This document shows, piece after piece, positions 9,050 through 19,014 of a stretch of DNA of 64,000 nt. Positions within the stretch are counted from its first letter, which is position 1, and every line of letters starts with the position of its first letter. The translations under genes and the position numbers were made by a program. The DNA is from an uncultured Trueperaceae bacterium (GTDB lineage Bacteria; Deinococcota; Deinococci; Deinococcales; Trueperaceae). The stretch lies in assembly GCA_963799485.1 (NCBI GenBank), contig CAWCXJ010000008.1, forward strand, positions 288,001 to 352,000, in the 5' to 3' direction. The notes beneath the pieces were generated by a model, which ran no database searches, was not told the origin of the DNA, and saw nothing but the letters and a program-made list of their open reading frames with translations.

Positions 9050-10357
9050 ATGACCCATACCGCCAGCAAAACCCAAGACTTGAGAGCGCGCCAGCAAAAA
9101 TACCTCGCGCCGAGCCTCACCAACATGCTCTACTACGGCGACGACCCCATTGCTGTAGACCACGCCAAAGACCAGTACCTCTGGGACGTTGAGGGTACGC
9201 GCTATCTGGACTTTTTCGGCGGTATTTTAACCGTCTCTATCGGGCACTGTAACGACGAAGTGGTCGAGGCGACCTATCGGCAGATGAAGCGGACGGGACA
9301 CACCAGCACTTTATACATCAACGAAATAACCTTAAAGGTCGCTGAAAAGATTGCTGAGCTTACGCCTGGACGCCTGCAACACTCGTTTTTTACCAATTCG
9401 GGTACCGAGGCCGACGAAACGGCGATTATGGCGGCCCGCGTCTACACCGGCAACACCGACATTATCGCCCTGCGGCACGCCTATTCGGGGCGCTCGAGCG
9501 CCATGATGGGAATGACCGCGCACGCCAACTGGAAGCTCGGCGGCGTCTATGACGGCACTATCAAACATGTCCGCAGTCCGAACATGTACCGCCGACCCGA
9601 CGGGATGAGTGAAGCGGCCTATCTGGACTTTCTGGTCGAGGATTTCGAAGACTTTTTAGCCACCTCTACAGACGGTAAAATTGCGGCGTTTATGGCAGAG
9701 CCGATTCAGGGCGTCGGCGGCTTCGGCGTCGTGCCGAAAGAGTACTTCAAACGGATTTTGCCGCTCGTCAAAGCAGCGGGCGGGGTGCTGATTATCGATG
9801 AGGTGCAGACCGGGTGGGGCCGGACGGGTCGGTACTGGTGTGGTATCGAACACTGGGGCGTCGAACCCGACATCATGACCTTTGCCAAGGGGATTGCCAA
9901 CGGTGCGCCGGTCGGCTGCACGGTGATGACGCCCGAAGTGGCCGAAGCGCTGAGCGGGTTGACGCTTTCGACTTACGGCGGTAATCCGGTATCGATGGCG
10001 CAGACTTATGCGACGATCTCTTATATCGAAAAGCACAAGCTCTGGGAGAACGCCGAAACGCAAGGCGGTGCGCTCCGTGCTTTCATGGACGGACAGGGCG
10101 AACGCTACGACTTTATCGGTGATGTGCGCGGTATGGGGCTGATGCAGGCGTTTGAGATGGTGCAGCCGGGAACCCGAAAACCCGACGCGGCGCGGGCCAA
10201 CGCACTCGTCAATGCGGCGCGTAAACGGGGCTTGCTCATCGGTAAGGGCGGGCGTTACAGCAACGTCAACCGGATTGCGCCGCACCTGAATGTTTCAGCC
10301 CAAGATATGACCGCGGGGTGTGATTTGTTGGGACAGGCGCTCGCCGACATTGCCTAA
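9050..10357 (+). CDS. Class III PLP aminotransferase
   Basis: Motifs YLDFFGG, NSGTEA, AEPIQG, IIDEVQTGWGRTG, PDIMTFAKG and STYGGNP. Confidence 0.92.
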   Translation: MTHTASKTQDLRARQQKYLAPSLTNMLYYGDDPIAVDHAKDQYLWDVEGTRYLDFFGGILTVSIGHCNDEVVEATYRQMKRTGHTSTLYINEITLKVAEKIAELTPGRLQHSFFTNSGTEADETAIMAARVYTGNTDIIALRHAYSGRSSAMMGMTAHANWKLGGVYDGTIKHVRSPNMYRRPDGMSEAAYLDFLVEDFEDFLATSTDGKIAAFMAEPIQGVGGFGVVPKEYFKRILPLVKAAGGVLIIDEVQTGWGRTGRYWCGIEHWGVEPDIMTFAKGIANGAPVGCTVMTPEVAEALSGLTLSTYGGNPVSMAQTYATISYIEKHKLWENAETQGGALRAFMDGQGERYDFIGDVRGMGLMQAFEMVQPGTRKPDAARANALVNAARKRGLLIGKGGRYSNVNRIAPHLNVSAQDMTAGCDLLGQALADIA

Positions 10358-11063
10358 ACGGTCTGGTGTGGCCCTCGAGCTCTGCACCGAAAACGTCGCC
10401 GGGGTTCTGGTAGCAGAGGCGGCGGGCGTCCACCGAATTGAGCTTTGCAGCGCCCTCGCCGAGGGCGGCGTCACCCCGAGTTTGGGGTTGTTCAAGCAGG
10501 TGAAGGCGCGGTCACAATTGCCGATCCATGTACTGATTCGGCCCCGGGCAGGAGATTTTTGCTATGAGGAACTCGAGCTCTCGGTTATGCTGGACGACGT
10601 TGCCCGGTTCCGAGAGGTGGGCGCGGCAGGTTTGGTCTTTGGCGCACTGACCACTGACAGGACGCTCGACCTGCCGGGGATGAAGCGGCTGCTGACCGCC
10701 GCCGACCCGCTACCCGTGACCTTTCACCGCGCCTTCGACGTTTGCCGGGAACCTTTCAAGGTTTTGGAGCAGCTTGTCGCGTTAGGCGTCGTGCGCCTTC
10801 TGACTTCCGGGCAACAACCGGACGCTTTAGCCGGTGTTCCCCTCTTAAAAGCGCTGAATGAACAAGCTGCTGAACGTATCGTCATCATGGCAGGCGGCGG
10901 TATCCGGGCGTCGAACGCGGCGCGGATCGTGCGAGAAACCGGCGTTAATGAATTGCATTTCTCTGCCCAAAAACCTGTGCAACTGCCCTTTTCCCCTTTT
11001 TCTTTCGGTTCCCCGGCGTTGACCGACGCCGCAGCTACCAAAGCGTTAGCGAGGCGTCTTTAG
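10350..11063 (+). CDS. cutC: CutC family protein
   Basis: Motifs RIELCSALAEGGVTPS, IRPRAGDFCY, TFHRAFD and LLTSG. Start uncertain (10350 TTG or 10368 GTG). Confidence 0.88.
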   Translation: MPKRSGVALELCTENVAGVLVAEAAGVHRIELCSALAEGGVTPSLGLFKQVKARSQLPIHVLIRPRAGDFCYEELELSVMLDDVARFREVGAAGLVFGALTTDRTLDLPGMKRLLTAADPLPVTFHRAFDVCREPFKVLEQLVALGVVRLLTSGQQPDALAGVPLLKALNEQAAERIVIMAGGGIRASNAARIVRETGVNELHFSAQKPVQLPFSPFSFGSPALTDAAATKALARRL

Positions 11064-12478
11064 TGCACTACCGCATCGCTTTCGGCGGGATTTACACCGA
11101 ATCGAGCACCTTCAATCCCGTACCGACCCACGCTGAAGATTTTCGGGTGCTGTGCGGCGACGCCCTGCGGCAGAGTGAACGCTACCGCTTTTTAGACGCC
11201 TACGACGCCGAGTTTTTACCGACGCTGCACGCTAGGGCGCTTCCCGGTGGGCCGGTAACTTCCGAGGCTTACGGGGCGTTCAAAGACGAGTTCTTAGAGC
11301 GGCTCGTTAAACTCGGCCCCGTAAACGGCCTCTACCTCGACATGCACGGCGCGATGAACGTTTCCGGGATGGACGACGCTGAAGGGGACTGGATTACGGC
11401 GGCGCGGGCGGTCGTCGGGCCGGAATGCTTGATCGTCGCAAGTTACGACCTGCACGGCAACCTTTCACGGCGTATCGTTGACGCGCTCGACGGCTTGAGT
11501 GCGTTTCGTACCGCGCCGCATATCGACGTTGTAGAGACCAAAAAACGTGCTTGTACGCTGCTTGTCAACGCACTTTACGGTAAATATCGGCCCCGGCTCG
11601 AGTGGCTGCCTATCCCGGTCGTCTTGCCCGGTGAAATGACCGCTACCGACGACGAACCGGCCCGGAGTCTTTACGGCAGTTTGCCTAGCATCGACGCGGT
11701 AGACGGCATTCTCGACGCTTCGCTGCTGGTCGGGTACGTCTGGGCCGATGAGCCGAGGGCGGGGGCAAGCGTGGTGCTGACCGGAACGGATAAGGGTGTG
11801 TTAAAACGCGAAGCCGCGCAACTTGCCGAACGTTACTGGAACGCCCGCCGTGCGTTTCGCTTTGGCGTCCCGGCAGGGAGTTTGACGTGGTGTTTGGAGC
11901 AGTTTGCCACGCTGGACAGCTATCCGGTCATCCTGAGCGATTCCGGTGACAACCCGACGGGCGGCGGGGTCGGCGATACGACGTTTGTTTTAGAAGCGTT
12001 GCTGGAGCGCAACATAGAGGGTGCGGTTGTCGCCGGACTCGCCGACGCGCCCGCCGTAAACGCGTGTTATACAGCGGGGGCAGGGGCGAGCCTCGAGCTG
12101 ACCCTCGGCGCAACCCTAGACCCGGAGACGAGCCGACCTCTGGATGTACGTGCTCACGTCGTCCATTTAGCGCCCGCTGAGACCGACCGCGAACGCCAAG
12201 CCGTCGTTCAGATCGGCGCAGTCAAGGTCATTCTAAGCGCTGCCCGTCGCCCCTATCATTATCCAGCAGATATTGAACGGTTAGGTCTCGAGCTTTCAAA
12301 AGTGCGCTTGCTGGTGGTTAAATCGGGTTACTTAACGGCTGAACTGACGCGTGCGGCGGCCCATACGCTGCTCGCCTTGACGCCCGGAACGGTGAGTCAA
12401 GAGCTGAACAACCTGACCTACAAAAGACAGGGGGCGAGGTTTCCGCTCGAGCCCAACTTAACCTGGACGCCCGGATAA
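11063..12478 (+). CDS. M81 (MlrC-like) metallopeptidase/hydrolase
   Basis: Motifs ESSTFNP, YLDMHGAM, DLHGN, RTAPHID, DSGDNPTGGG and VVKSGY. Confidence 0.88.
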   Translation: MHYRIAFGGIYTESSTFNPVPTHAEDFRVLCGDALRQSERYRFLDAYDAEFLPTLHARALPGGPVTSEAYGAFKDEFLERLVKLGPVNGLYLDMHGAMNVSGMDDAEGDWITAARAVVGPECLIVASYDLHGNLSRRIVDALDGLSAFRTAPHIDVVETKKRACTLLVNALYGKYRPRLEWLPIPVVLPGEMTATDDEPARSLYGSLPSIDAVDGILDASLLVGYVWADEPRAGASVVLTGTDKGVLKREAAQLAERYWNARRAFRFGVPAGSLTWCLEQFATLDSYPVILSDSGDNPTGGGVGDTTFVLEALLERNIEGAVVAGLADAPAVNACYTAGAGASLELTLGATLDPETSRPLDVRAHVVHLAPAETDRERQAVVQIGAVKVILSAARRPYHYPADIERLGLELSKVRLLVVKSGYLTAELTRAAAHTLLALTPGTVSQELNNLTYKRQGARFPLEPNLTWTPG

Positions 12479-12617
12479 TTGGGGCATAACACGTTTCGAC
12501 TTTCTTACTCCCCGATCGTTGTTTCTTACGCTCGAATGAGCTTTTCATGACAAGATTGGTAGCCTAGTGGTATACTCAGCGCGTAAGCATTTTAGGTAAA
12601 ATCTGAGGAGGTCGGTT

Positions 12618-14372
12618 ATGTGGCGCAGGTTTAAGAAAGTCTCGCTCAAAGCTGTTTTCGTCTTAGCGCTGTTGGGTACGCTTCTGGGTACGGCGGCGGC
12701 GCAAGAAGGCCCGACGTTTTACGGCGGCTATCCGTATCCGGTTCCCCCCGACGGTCACTTCAATACCTTTGCCACAAACGCGATCAACTTTTACGGCTTT
12801 TATTCGGATTTACTCGAGCCCCCCTTAGGTGTCTACAAATGGGCCGAGGGTGAATACGAAGGGATGCTCGCCGAGGAGTTCGGCTTTGACGGCAGCGACT
12901 ACATCGTCACGCTCAAAGACGGCGTCACCTGGAGCGACGGCACGCCGTTTTCTTCGGCCGACGTGGTAACGACGTTTAACGTCCTTTACCTACTCAACGC
13001 CCCCGTTTGGGACGGTTTGGAGCGCGTCGAGGCCGTTGACGAACGGACGGTCAGGTTCGTTTTTAACGAGCCGTCGTTCGCTGCCGAGCGGCAGATCATG
13101 GTCGAGGCGATCCGCGCCAACAGCGTTTACGGCGACTTCGGCGAGCGTGCCGCCGCGCTTATCGAAGAGGGCGTTACCTCGGACGACGAAGCGTTCGGCG
13201 ACCTGCTGACCGAGCTAACCGAATTCCGCCCCGAGCAGTACGTCACCTCCGGCCCCTACACCCTCACCAGGAATAACGTCGGTGACGCGCGCGCCCTGCT
13301 GACTAAAAACGACGGCGGCTTTAACGCCGACGTGGTGCGGTTCGACAACATCGTCTTGTGGAACGGCGAGACCGAAACCGTCACCCCGCTCGTCACGGCG
13401 GGCGAACTCTGGTACGGCACCTACGGCTTTCCGCCCGCGACCGAAGCGGCGTTTGTCGATCAGGGTATCGACATCATCCGCGGCCCGCTCTACTCCGGCC
13501 CGGCGCTGTACTTCAACCACACCATTGCGCCCCTAGACCGCCCCGAAGTGCGCCGCGCTCTAGCTCACGCCATCGACCGCGATGAAAACGGCTTCGTCGC
13601 ATTGGGCGACTCGGGGGTTGCCGTTGAATACATGTCTGGGATGAGCGACCTTATTGCGGAAAATACCGTCGATGAAGCGGTCTTGGACGAACTCGACACC
13701 TACGATTACGACCCCGAGCTGGCCGCGCAGATGCTCATGGACATCGGTTTTACCAAAGGGGACGACGGCGTGTGGGTCGACGACACCGGCAAACGCATGG
13801 CGTTTACGCTTATCTTCCCGTCCGATTACGCAGATTGGGCCGCCGCCGCTGAAAACGCCACGCAAGCGCTCAACGATTTCGGCTTCGACATTACCGCGCG
13901 CGGCGTGTTATCGGCGCAGCAGCAGCAAGACGTGTACGACGGTAACTTCGAGCTGGCCATTCGCAACTGGGGCGCGGCAAGTCCGCTGCCTTATGTGAGC
14001 TATCTCGAGCCGTATCAGCGCTACAACGGCCAGGGTCAGCTCGCCGGTGAAGGCACCGGGGGCGGGATGGGTTTTGATACCAACGTGACCTATTCGGGTG
14101 GCGAGGTCGACCTCTTGGAGCTGGCGCTGGCGTCGTCTCGAGGTCTCGACGAAGCGCAGCAGCGTGAACAGGCCGGAGAACTGGCAAAATCGTACAACGA
14201 ACTCCTGCCCGCAATTCCGCTCTGGGAGCGTTACGGCAACAACCCCCTAAACCGCGAATTTGTCGACGCGCCGCCGAGTGACGACCCGATCTACCAAAAC
14301 GGCACCGCCATTCCCGACCCGTTTATGACCTACTTGCTGCTGACCGGGGGCATCGGCCCCGCAGCTCAGTAA
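12618..14372 (+). CDS. Opp/Dpp-family ABC substrate-binding protein
   Basis: Signal peptide, LKDGVTWSDGTPFSSADVVTTF and VRRALAHAIDR. Confidence 0.92.
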   Translation: MWRRFKKVSLKAVFVLALLGTLLGTAAAQEGPTFYGGYPYPVPPDGHFNTFATNAINFYGFYSDLLEPPLGVYKWAEGEYEGMLAEEFGFDGSDYIVTLKDGVTWSDGTPFSSADVVTTFNVLYLLNAPVWDGLERVEAVDERTVRFVFNEPSFAAERQIMVEAIRANSVYGDFGERAAALIEEGVTSDDEAFGDLLTELTEFRPEQYVTSGPYTLTRNNVGDARALLTKNDGGFNADVVRFDNIVLWNGETETVTPLVTAGELWYGTYGFPPATEAAFVDQGIDIIRGPLYSGPALYFNHTIAPLDRPEVRRALAHAIDRDENGFVALGDSGVAVEYMSGMSDLIAENTVDEAVLDELDTYDYDPELAAQMLMDIGFTKGDDGVWVDDTGKRMAFTLIFPSDYADWAAAAENATQALNDFGFDITARGVLSAQQQQDVYDGNFELAIRNWGAASPLPYVSYLEPYQRYNGQGQLAGEGTGGGMGFDTNVTYSGGEVDLLELALASSRGLDEAQQREQAGELAKSYNELLPAIPLWERYGNNPLNREFVDAPPSDDPIYQNGTAIPDPFMTYLLLTGGIGPAAQ

Positions 14373-14380
14373 ACGAAACG

Positions 14381-14414
14381 TCAGGGGTAGAGCTGCGCCA
14401 AGCTCTGCCCCTGA
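14381..14414 (+). terminator. Stem-loop after the SBP gene (mRNA stabiliser or partial terminator)
   Basis: TCAGGGGTAGAGCT...AGCTCTGCCCCTGA inverted repeat. Confidence 0.6.
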
Positions 14415-14515
14415 ACATTTGCAGATGAGGTTCAGAGAACGCCGCGAAGAACGCCGTAAAAAAAGCTGCCAAAAAGCTGTAAAAGGGGTTGCAACCCCCT
14501 TACGAGAGGACGTGT

Positions 14516-15589
14516 ATGCAACCCTCTAAAACGCTTGCCGGCCCCCCACCCGTCACAAGCAACTGGCTTCAGCGGGTAGTCTCGAGCTACGCTGTCCGCA
14601 CACTCTTGCAGGCGCTGCTCACCATCTGGGCCGTCGCGACCTTCACCTTCTTCTTGATCCGGTTGATGCCCGGCAATCCTGTCGATGTGTACGTCGGCTT
14701 TTTGATGAACCAGTCGAATGTGACCTACAGAGAAGCGCTTCAGCAGGCCGCCTCGCAGTTCTCCTTCGACCCGAACGCGAGCGTGTTCCAGCAATACCTG
14801 GGCTACCTGGGCGACCTCGTGCGCGGTGATCTGGGTCGCTCCATCACCTCGACCGGCACCCGGGTCATCGACCAGATTGCCCGGTACCTGCCCTGGACGC
14901 TCTTTAGCGTCGGGCTCGGGCTGCTGCTCAGCTTTATCATCGGGATGCTCTCCGGTATGCTGATTGCTTATTACCGCAACTCGGCGCTCGACACCTTTGT
15001 CTCGTTTTTCGCCGCAGTTTTGGGCGCAGTACCGGACTATATCTGGGGTCTCCTTATCTTGGTGATTTTCGGCGTGCAACTCGGTTGGTTTAATATCGGG
15101 CAACTGCGCGGTACCTATGACCCCAACCTGACGCCCGGCTTTACCCCGGCGTTTATCTGGAGCGTTTTACAGCACGCCTTTTTGCCGGTTTTGGTCTACA
15201 TTATCGGCACACTCGGCAGCTGGACGCTCAATATGCGGAGCAGCACCATCAGCGTGTTGGGCGAAGATTATGTCAATGTGGCGAGGGCCCGCGGCCTGTC
15301 GCCGGGGCGCATCGCCGGAACCTACGTCGGGCGCAACGCGGCGCTGCCGCTGTTTACGCTGCTCGCGGTCAACATCGGTCTGGTCATCGGCGGCAGCGTG
15401 ATTATCGAAGAGCTGTTCGTTTACAAAGGCATCGGCAGTTTTTTATTTTTTTCCATTTCACAGCGCGACTACACCTCGATGCAGGGGGTATTTCTGGTAA
15501 TCGCTATTTCGGTTGTGGTGGCAAATATTTTGGCTGACCTGCTCTATAGCCGCCTCGACCCCCGGGTACGGGTAGAGGGAGAAGGCTGA
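14516..15589 (+). CDS. ABC permease, OppB-like
   Basis: Motifs RLMPGNP, RGDLGRS, EDYVNVARARGL and RLDPRVR. Confidence 0.92.
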   Translation: MQPSKTLAGPPPVTSNWLQRVVSSYAVRTLLQALLTIWAVATFTFFLIRLMPGNPVDVYVGFLMNQSNVTYREALQQAASQFSFDPNASVFQQYLGYLGDLVRGDLGRSITSTGTRVIDQIARYLPWTLFSVGLGLLLSFIIGMLSGMLIAYYRNSALDTFVSFFAAVLGAVPDYIWGLLILVIFGVQLGWFNIGQLRGTYDPNLTPGFTPAFIWSVLQHAFLPVLVYIIGTLGSWTLNMRSSTISVLGEDYVNVARARGLSPGRIAGTYVGRNAALPLFTLLAVNIGLVIGGSVIIEELFVYKGIGSFLFFSISQRDYTSMQGVFLVIAISVVVANILADLLYSRLDPRVRVEGEG

Positions 15590-16743
15590 TGGGCGGTGTA
15601 GGACGGTTTTTTCGGGCGCTCGGGCGCACCAGAGCGGGGCTTATCGGTTTTGTCGGCTTGGTTTTTTACGCGCTGCTGGTCTTTATCGGGCCGCTCTTCG
15701 TGCCCTTTGACAACGAGGTCAAAACCGATCAGGTCAACGCGCCGCCGGGCTCACGCTTGGAGCTTGTCACCCGCGCCGCCGACGCTGAGCGCTACACGTC
15801 GCTGGCGTCGTTGGAGGGTCAGGTTATCGGTTACGTCCGCAGTTCAGCGGGCGAAGATATGGTTGGCCCCTTGGAGGACACGTTTGAAGACACCGAGGGC
15901 TACCGCCGGGGTGCGGGTGTCGAAGACGGTTTAGAAGAACTCGCAGACGATAAGATTGACGCGCTCGTGTTGTTCTCCGAATCGCTCAAAACCTACCCTG
16001 TCGGCCCCGGTACCGATTTTCCCGGTTTGGCAGTCTCGAACGCCGCGCTCGGCCCCCGCCATCTGCTCGGCACCGATACGCAGGGGCGCGACATCTTCAG
16101 CCACATCGTCAACGGAGGCCGCACACTTATTGTGACAGCGCTTCTGGCGGGCCTGATTTCGACGACGATTGCCGTTTTGCTCGGGTCGCTCGCTGCGCTT
16201 TTAGGTGGCCCGGTCGACCGGGTGCTGACGGCACTGGCGAACTTCATCCTGGTACTCCCGCGTTTTCCGCTCTTGATCGTGTTGGCGGCGCTTTTTACGC
16301 TCAACAATATCTTGCTGTTGGCGACGCTCATCGGTCTTTTGGTGTGGCCTGCGCTGATGCGGGCGGTGCGCGCGCAGGTCTTGAGTTTGCGTGAACGCGA
16401 CTACGTCGAGGCGGCGCGGGCGCTCGATTTGGGCCGCCGTCACATCATCCTCCGTGAAATCCTGCCGAACATGATGAGTTTCGTGCTGATCAACCTGATT
16501 TTGGCGGTAACGTTTGCCATGTACGACCAGATCGGTCTGATTTTTCTCGGGATGGCCCCCATCAACGATTACTCTTGGGGCGTGATGCTCTACTTTGGGC
16601 GGACGCGGGGGGCGCTTTTTAGCCCCGACAGCGCCGCGATGGTGCTTGCGCCGGTGGTGGCGATTGCGCTTTTTCAGGTAAGCATGGTGATGTTTGCTCG
16701 GGCCTTAGAGGAAGTCTTTGACCCCCGGTTGCGGGCAGCCTGA
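15589..16743 (+). CDS. ABC permease, OppC-like, with a ~100-aa extracytoplasmic insertion
   Basis: Motifs HLLGTDTQGRD, RDYVEAARALD and FDPRLR. The insertion lies between APP and HLLGTD. Confidence 0.92.
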   Translation: MGGVGRFFRALGRTRAGLIGFVGLVFYALLVFIGPLFVPFDNEVKTDQVNAPPGSRLELVTRAADAERYTSLASLEGQVIGYVRSSAGEDMVGPLEDTFEDTEGYRRGAGVEDGLEELADDKIDALVLFSESLKTYPVGPGTDFPGLAVSNAALGPRHLLGTDTQGRDIFSHIVNGGRTLIVTALLAGLISTTIAVLLGSLAALLGGPVDRVLTALANFILVLPRFPLLIVLAALFTLNNILLLATLIGLLVWPALMRAVRAQVLSLRERDYVEAARALDLGRRHIILREILPNMMSFVLINLILAVTFAMYDQIGLIFLGMAPINDYSWGVMLYFGRTRGALFSPDSAAMVLAPVVAIALFQVSMVMFARALEEVFDPRLRAA

Positions 16744-17783
16744 TGGCTGCAAAGATGGGTGAGAAGGTACTCGAGGTCGAAAATGTGTCCGTCGCCTACG
16801 CTGCCGCGCGCGGCGCAGTCCGGGCCGTCAACGACGTATCGTTCACCCTCCACCGGGGCGAAGCACTCGCACTCATCGGGGAGTCGGGCAGCGGGAAGAC
16901 CACCCTGTCACTCGCGCTTATTCGGATGCTGGTACGCTCCGCGAAAGTGACGCGGGGCGGCGTCCGCTACTTCAAAGACGGCAAAACCCAAGACGTGCTG
17001 GCGATGAGTGAACGTGAACTCCGGCGCTTTCGCTGGAACGAGTGTGCGATGGTCTTTCAGGGCGCACAAAACGCCTTTAACCCGGTGCTAAAGATTCACG
17101 AGCAGTTTTTAGATACCGCCTACGCGCACGGCGAACGCAGTGCGGCAAAGATCAAACAGCGGACGTTGGAGCTGTTCAAACTCGTCCGGCTCGACCCCGA
17201 GCGGGTCTGGCACAGCTATCCGCACGAGCTCTCCGGTGGCATGAAACAGCGGGCGCTGTTGGCTTTAGGTGTCTTGCTCGACCCGCAGGTCGTGATTCTG
17301 GACGAACCGACCACCGCGCTCGACATCCTCACCCAACGCGCGATTATCGACGTTTTAAGCGAGATGCAGGAGCGCCTCGGTTTCAGCATCATCTTTATCA
17401 GTCACGACCTGGCGCTTGCAGCAGAGATGGCCGACCGGGTGGCGACGATGTACGCCGGTGAAATCGTCGAGCTGGGCGCGGTTGACGATATTTTCTATAA
17501 GCCGCTGCACCCTTATACGCTCGGACTGCTCCGCTCGGTGCCGCGTCTGAGCGGGTCGCTCGATTTGGTGAGCATCGCCGGGACGCCGCCCGACCTCATC
17601 GACCCGCCGCCGGGGTGCAAGTTTCATCCGCGTTGCCCTTTTGCGAGTGAACGCTGCAAAAAAGAAGCTCCGCCACTGACCGATTTCGGTGACGCACACG
17701 CGGCGGCGTGCTGGCATACCGAAAAAGTCGTCGAGGCTCGTGAGGGGCTGTGGGACAAAGACACGATTCCGGTGAACGGGTGA
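16743..17783 (+). CDS. ABC ATPase, OppD-like
   Basis: Motifs GESGSGKT, YPHELSGGM, LDEPTTALD and GCKFHPRCP. Confidence 0.94.
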   Translation: MAAKMGEKVLEVENVSVAYAAARGAVRAVNDVSFTLHRGEALALIGESGSGKTTLSLALIRMLVRSAKVTRGGVRYFKDGKTQDVLAMSERELRRFRWNECAMVFQGAQNAFNPVLKIHEQFLDTAYAHGERSAAKIKQRTLELFKLVRLDPERVWHSYPHELSGGMKQRALLALGVLLDPQVVILDEPTTALDILTQRAIIDVLSEMQERLGFSIIFISHDLALAAEMADRVATMYAGEIVELGAVDDIFYKPLHPYTLGLLRSVPRLSGSLDLVSIAGTPPDLIDPPPGCKFHPRCPFASERCKKEAPPLTDFGDAHAAACWHTEKVVEAREGLWDKDTIPVNG

Positions 17784-18814
17784 CGCAGCAAATAACACAG
17801 CAAGAGACGGACGTGCCGCTGCTCGAGTTTAGCCGGGTCGGGCGCGACTTTCGCAAAGGACGTACCGTCGTCCCGGTGCTTAGAGACATAGATTTGCGGG
17901 TAAACGGGCTCGAGTTCCTCTGTTTGGTCGGCGAATCGGGGTGCGGCAAAACCACGACCGGTAAAATCCTCTCGGGGCTGCTCTCACCCACAGCCGGGCG
18001 CGTCATGTTTGAAGGGCAAGACGTCAGCACGCTCCGGGGCGACGCCTACAAACGCTACCGCCGCGCCGTACAGATTATCCACCAAGACCCCTACGCGTCT
18101 TTGAACCCGACGCAGAGCGTGTTCGACATCATGAGTTATCCGCTACTCCGTCACGGCTTTGCCAAGAACCGTAAAGAAGCCCGCGAACGCGCCGAGGAAC
18201 TTTTAGAGTTGGTCGGTCTGACGCCGACTGCCGACATCATCGGCAAATACCCGCATCAACTTTCGGGTGGGCAACGCCAGCGCGTTTCGATTGCACGGGC
18301 GCTCACCACCGAACCTAAAGTCATCGTCGCCGACGAAGCCGTCAGCATGGTGGACGTGTCCATCCGCATTTCCATCCTGAACACCTTGATGAAGATGCGC
18401 GAAACCCTCAACCTGACCATCGTTTTTATCACCCACGACCTGGCTTTGGCAAAATACTTCGCCTGGGCAGGGCGCATTGCGGTGATGTATCTGGGCCGCG
18501 TCGTCGAGGTCGGGCCGACGCGTGAAGTCACCGAAAAACCGCAGCACCCGTATACCAAAACGCTCCTCGCCGCGATTCCCGAACCCGACCCCGACCGGAC
18601 GCGGCACAAGGAAATCCTGACACTTCGTAGTGAAGATGTGCCGAGCTTGACGGCGCTCCCGGCAGGTTGCACCTTTCACCCACGCTGCCCTTTTTTTGAA
18701 CCGGGGCGCTGTGATACCGAAGAGCCGGAGCTAGGCGAGGTTGAGGGGAGTGCGGCGCAGGTTGCGTGTATTCCACTTACCGAGGGCGGTAGACTCGAGC
18801 CCTATGGCGGCTGA
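17780..18814 (+). CDS. ABC ATPase, OppF-like
   Basis: Motifs GESGCGKT, YPHQLSGGQRQR and GCTFHPRCP. Likely GTG start overlapping the OppD stop. Confidence 0.94.
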   Translation: MTQQITQQETDVPLLEFSRVGRDFRKGRTVVPVLRDIDLRVNGLEFLCLVGESGCGKTTTGKILSGLLSPTAGRVMFEGQDVSTLRGDAYKRYRRAVQIIHQDPYASLNPTQSVFDIMSYPLLRHGFAKNRKEARERAEELLELVGLTPTADIIGKYPHQLSGGQRQRVSIARALTTEPKVIVADEAVSMVDVSIRISILNTLMKMRETLNLTIVFITHDLALAKYFAWAGRIAVMYLGRVVEVGPTREVTEKPQHPYTKTLLAAIPEPDPDRTRHKEILTLRSEDVPSLTALPAGCTFHPRCPFFEPGRCDTEEPELGEVEGSAAQVACIPLTEGGRLEPYGG

Positions 18815-18834
18815 TTTAGCTGAAGGTAACGCAC

Positions 18835-19011
18835 ATGTCCGGTGACGGCCTCAAACTCTTTGCCCGCGCGGGGATGTTCGTCGTCGTGTTGTCGCTCTTG
18901 CTGCTCTTTTGGGTGCCGCGTGAGAGCGCCGAGTTCGTCGTGTCGGTGTTGTCGCTCATTATCGGCCTGGTGCTGGTAATTCTGGCCTTTCTTGTACGCG
19001 GCGGGCGGTAG
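18835..19011 (+). CDS. Small two-helix membrane protein (58 aa)
   Basis: MSGDGLKLFARAGMFVVVLSLLLLFWVPRESAEFVVSVLSLIIGLVLVILAFLVRGGR with RBS GAAGG. Fills the operon gap and is below the ORF-track cutoff. Confidence 0.75.
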   Translation: MSGDGLKLFARAGMFVVVLSLLLLFWVPRESAEFVVSVLSLIIGLVLVILAFLVRGGR

Positions 19012-19014
19012 CGG

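Noticed and set aside
14436..14490. Short direct repeats (AGAACGCCG x2, AAAAAGCTG x2) before oppB
   Set aside because: Too short and low in complexity to support a function.
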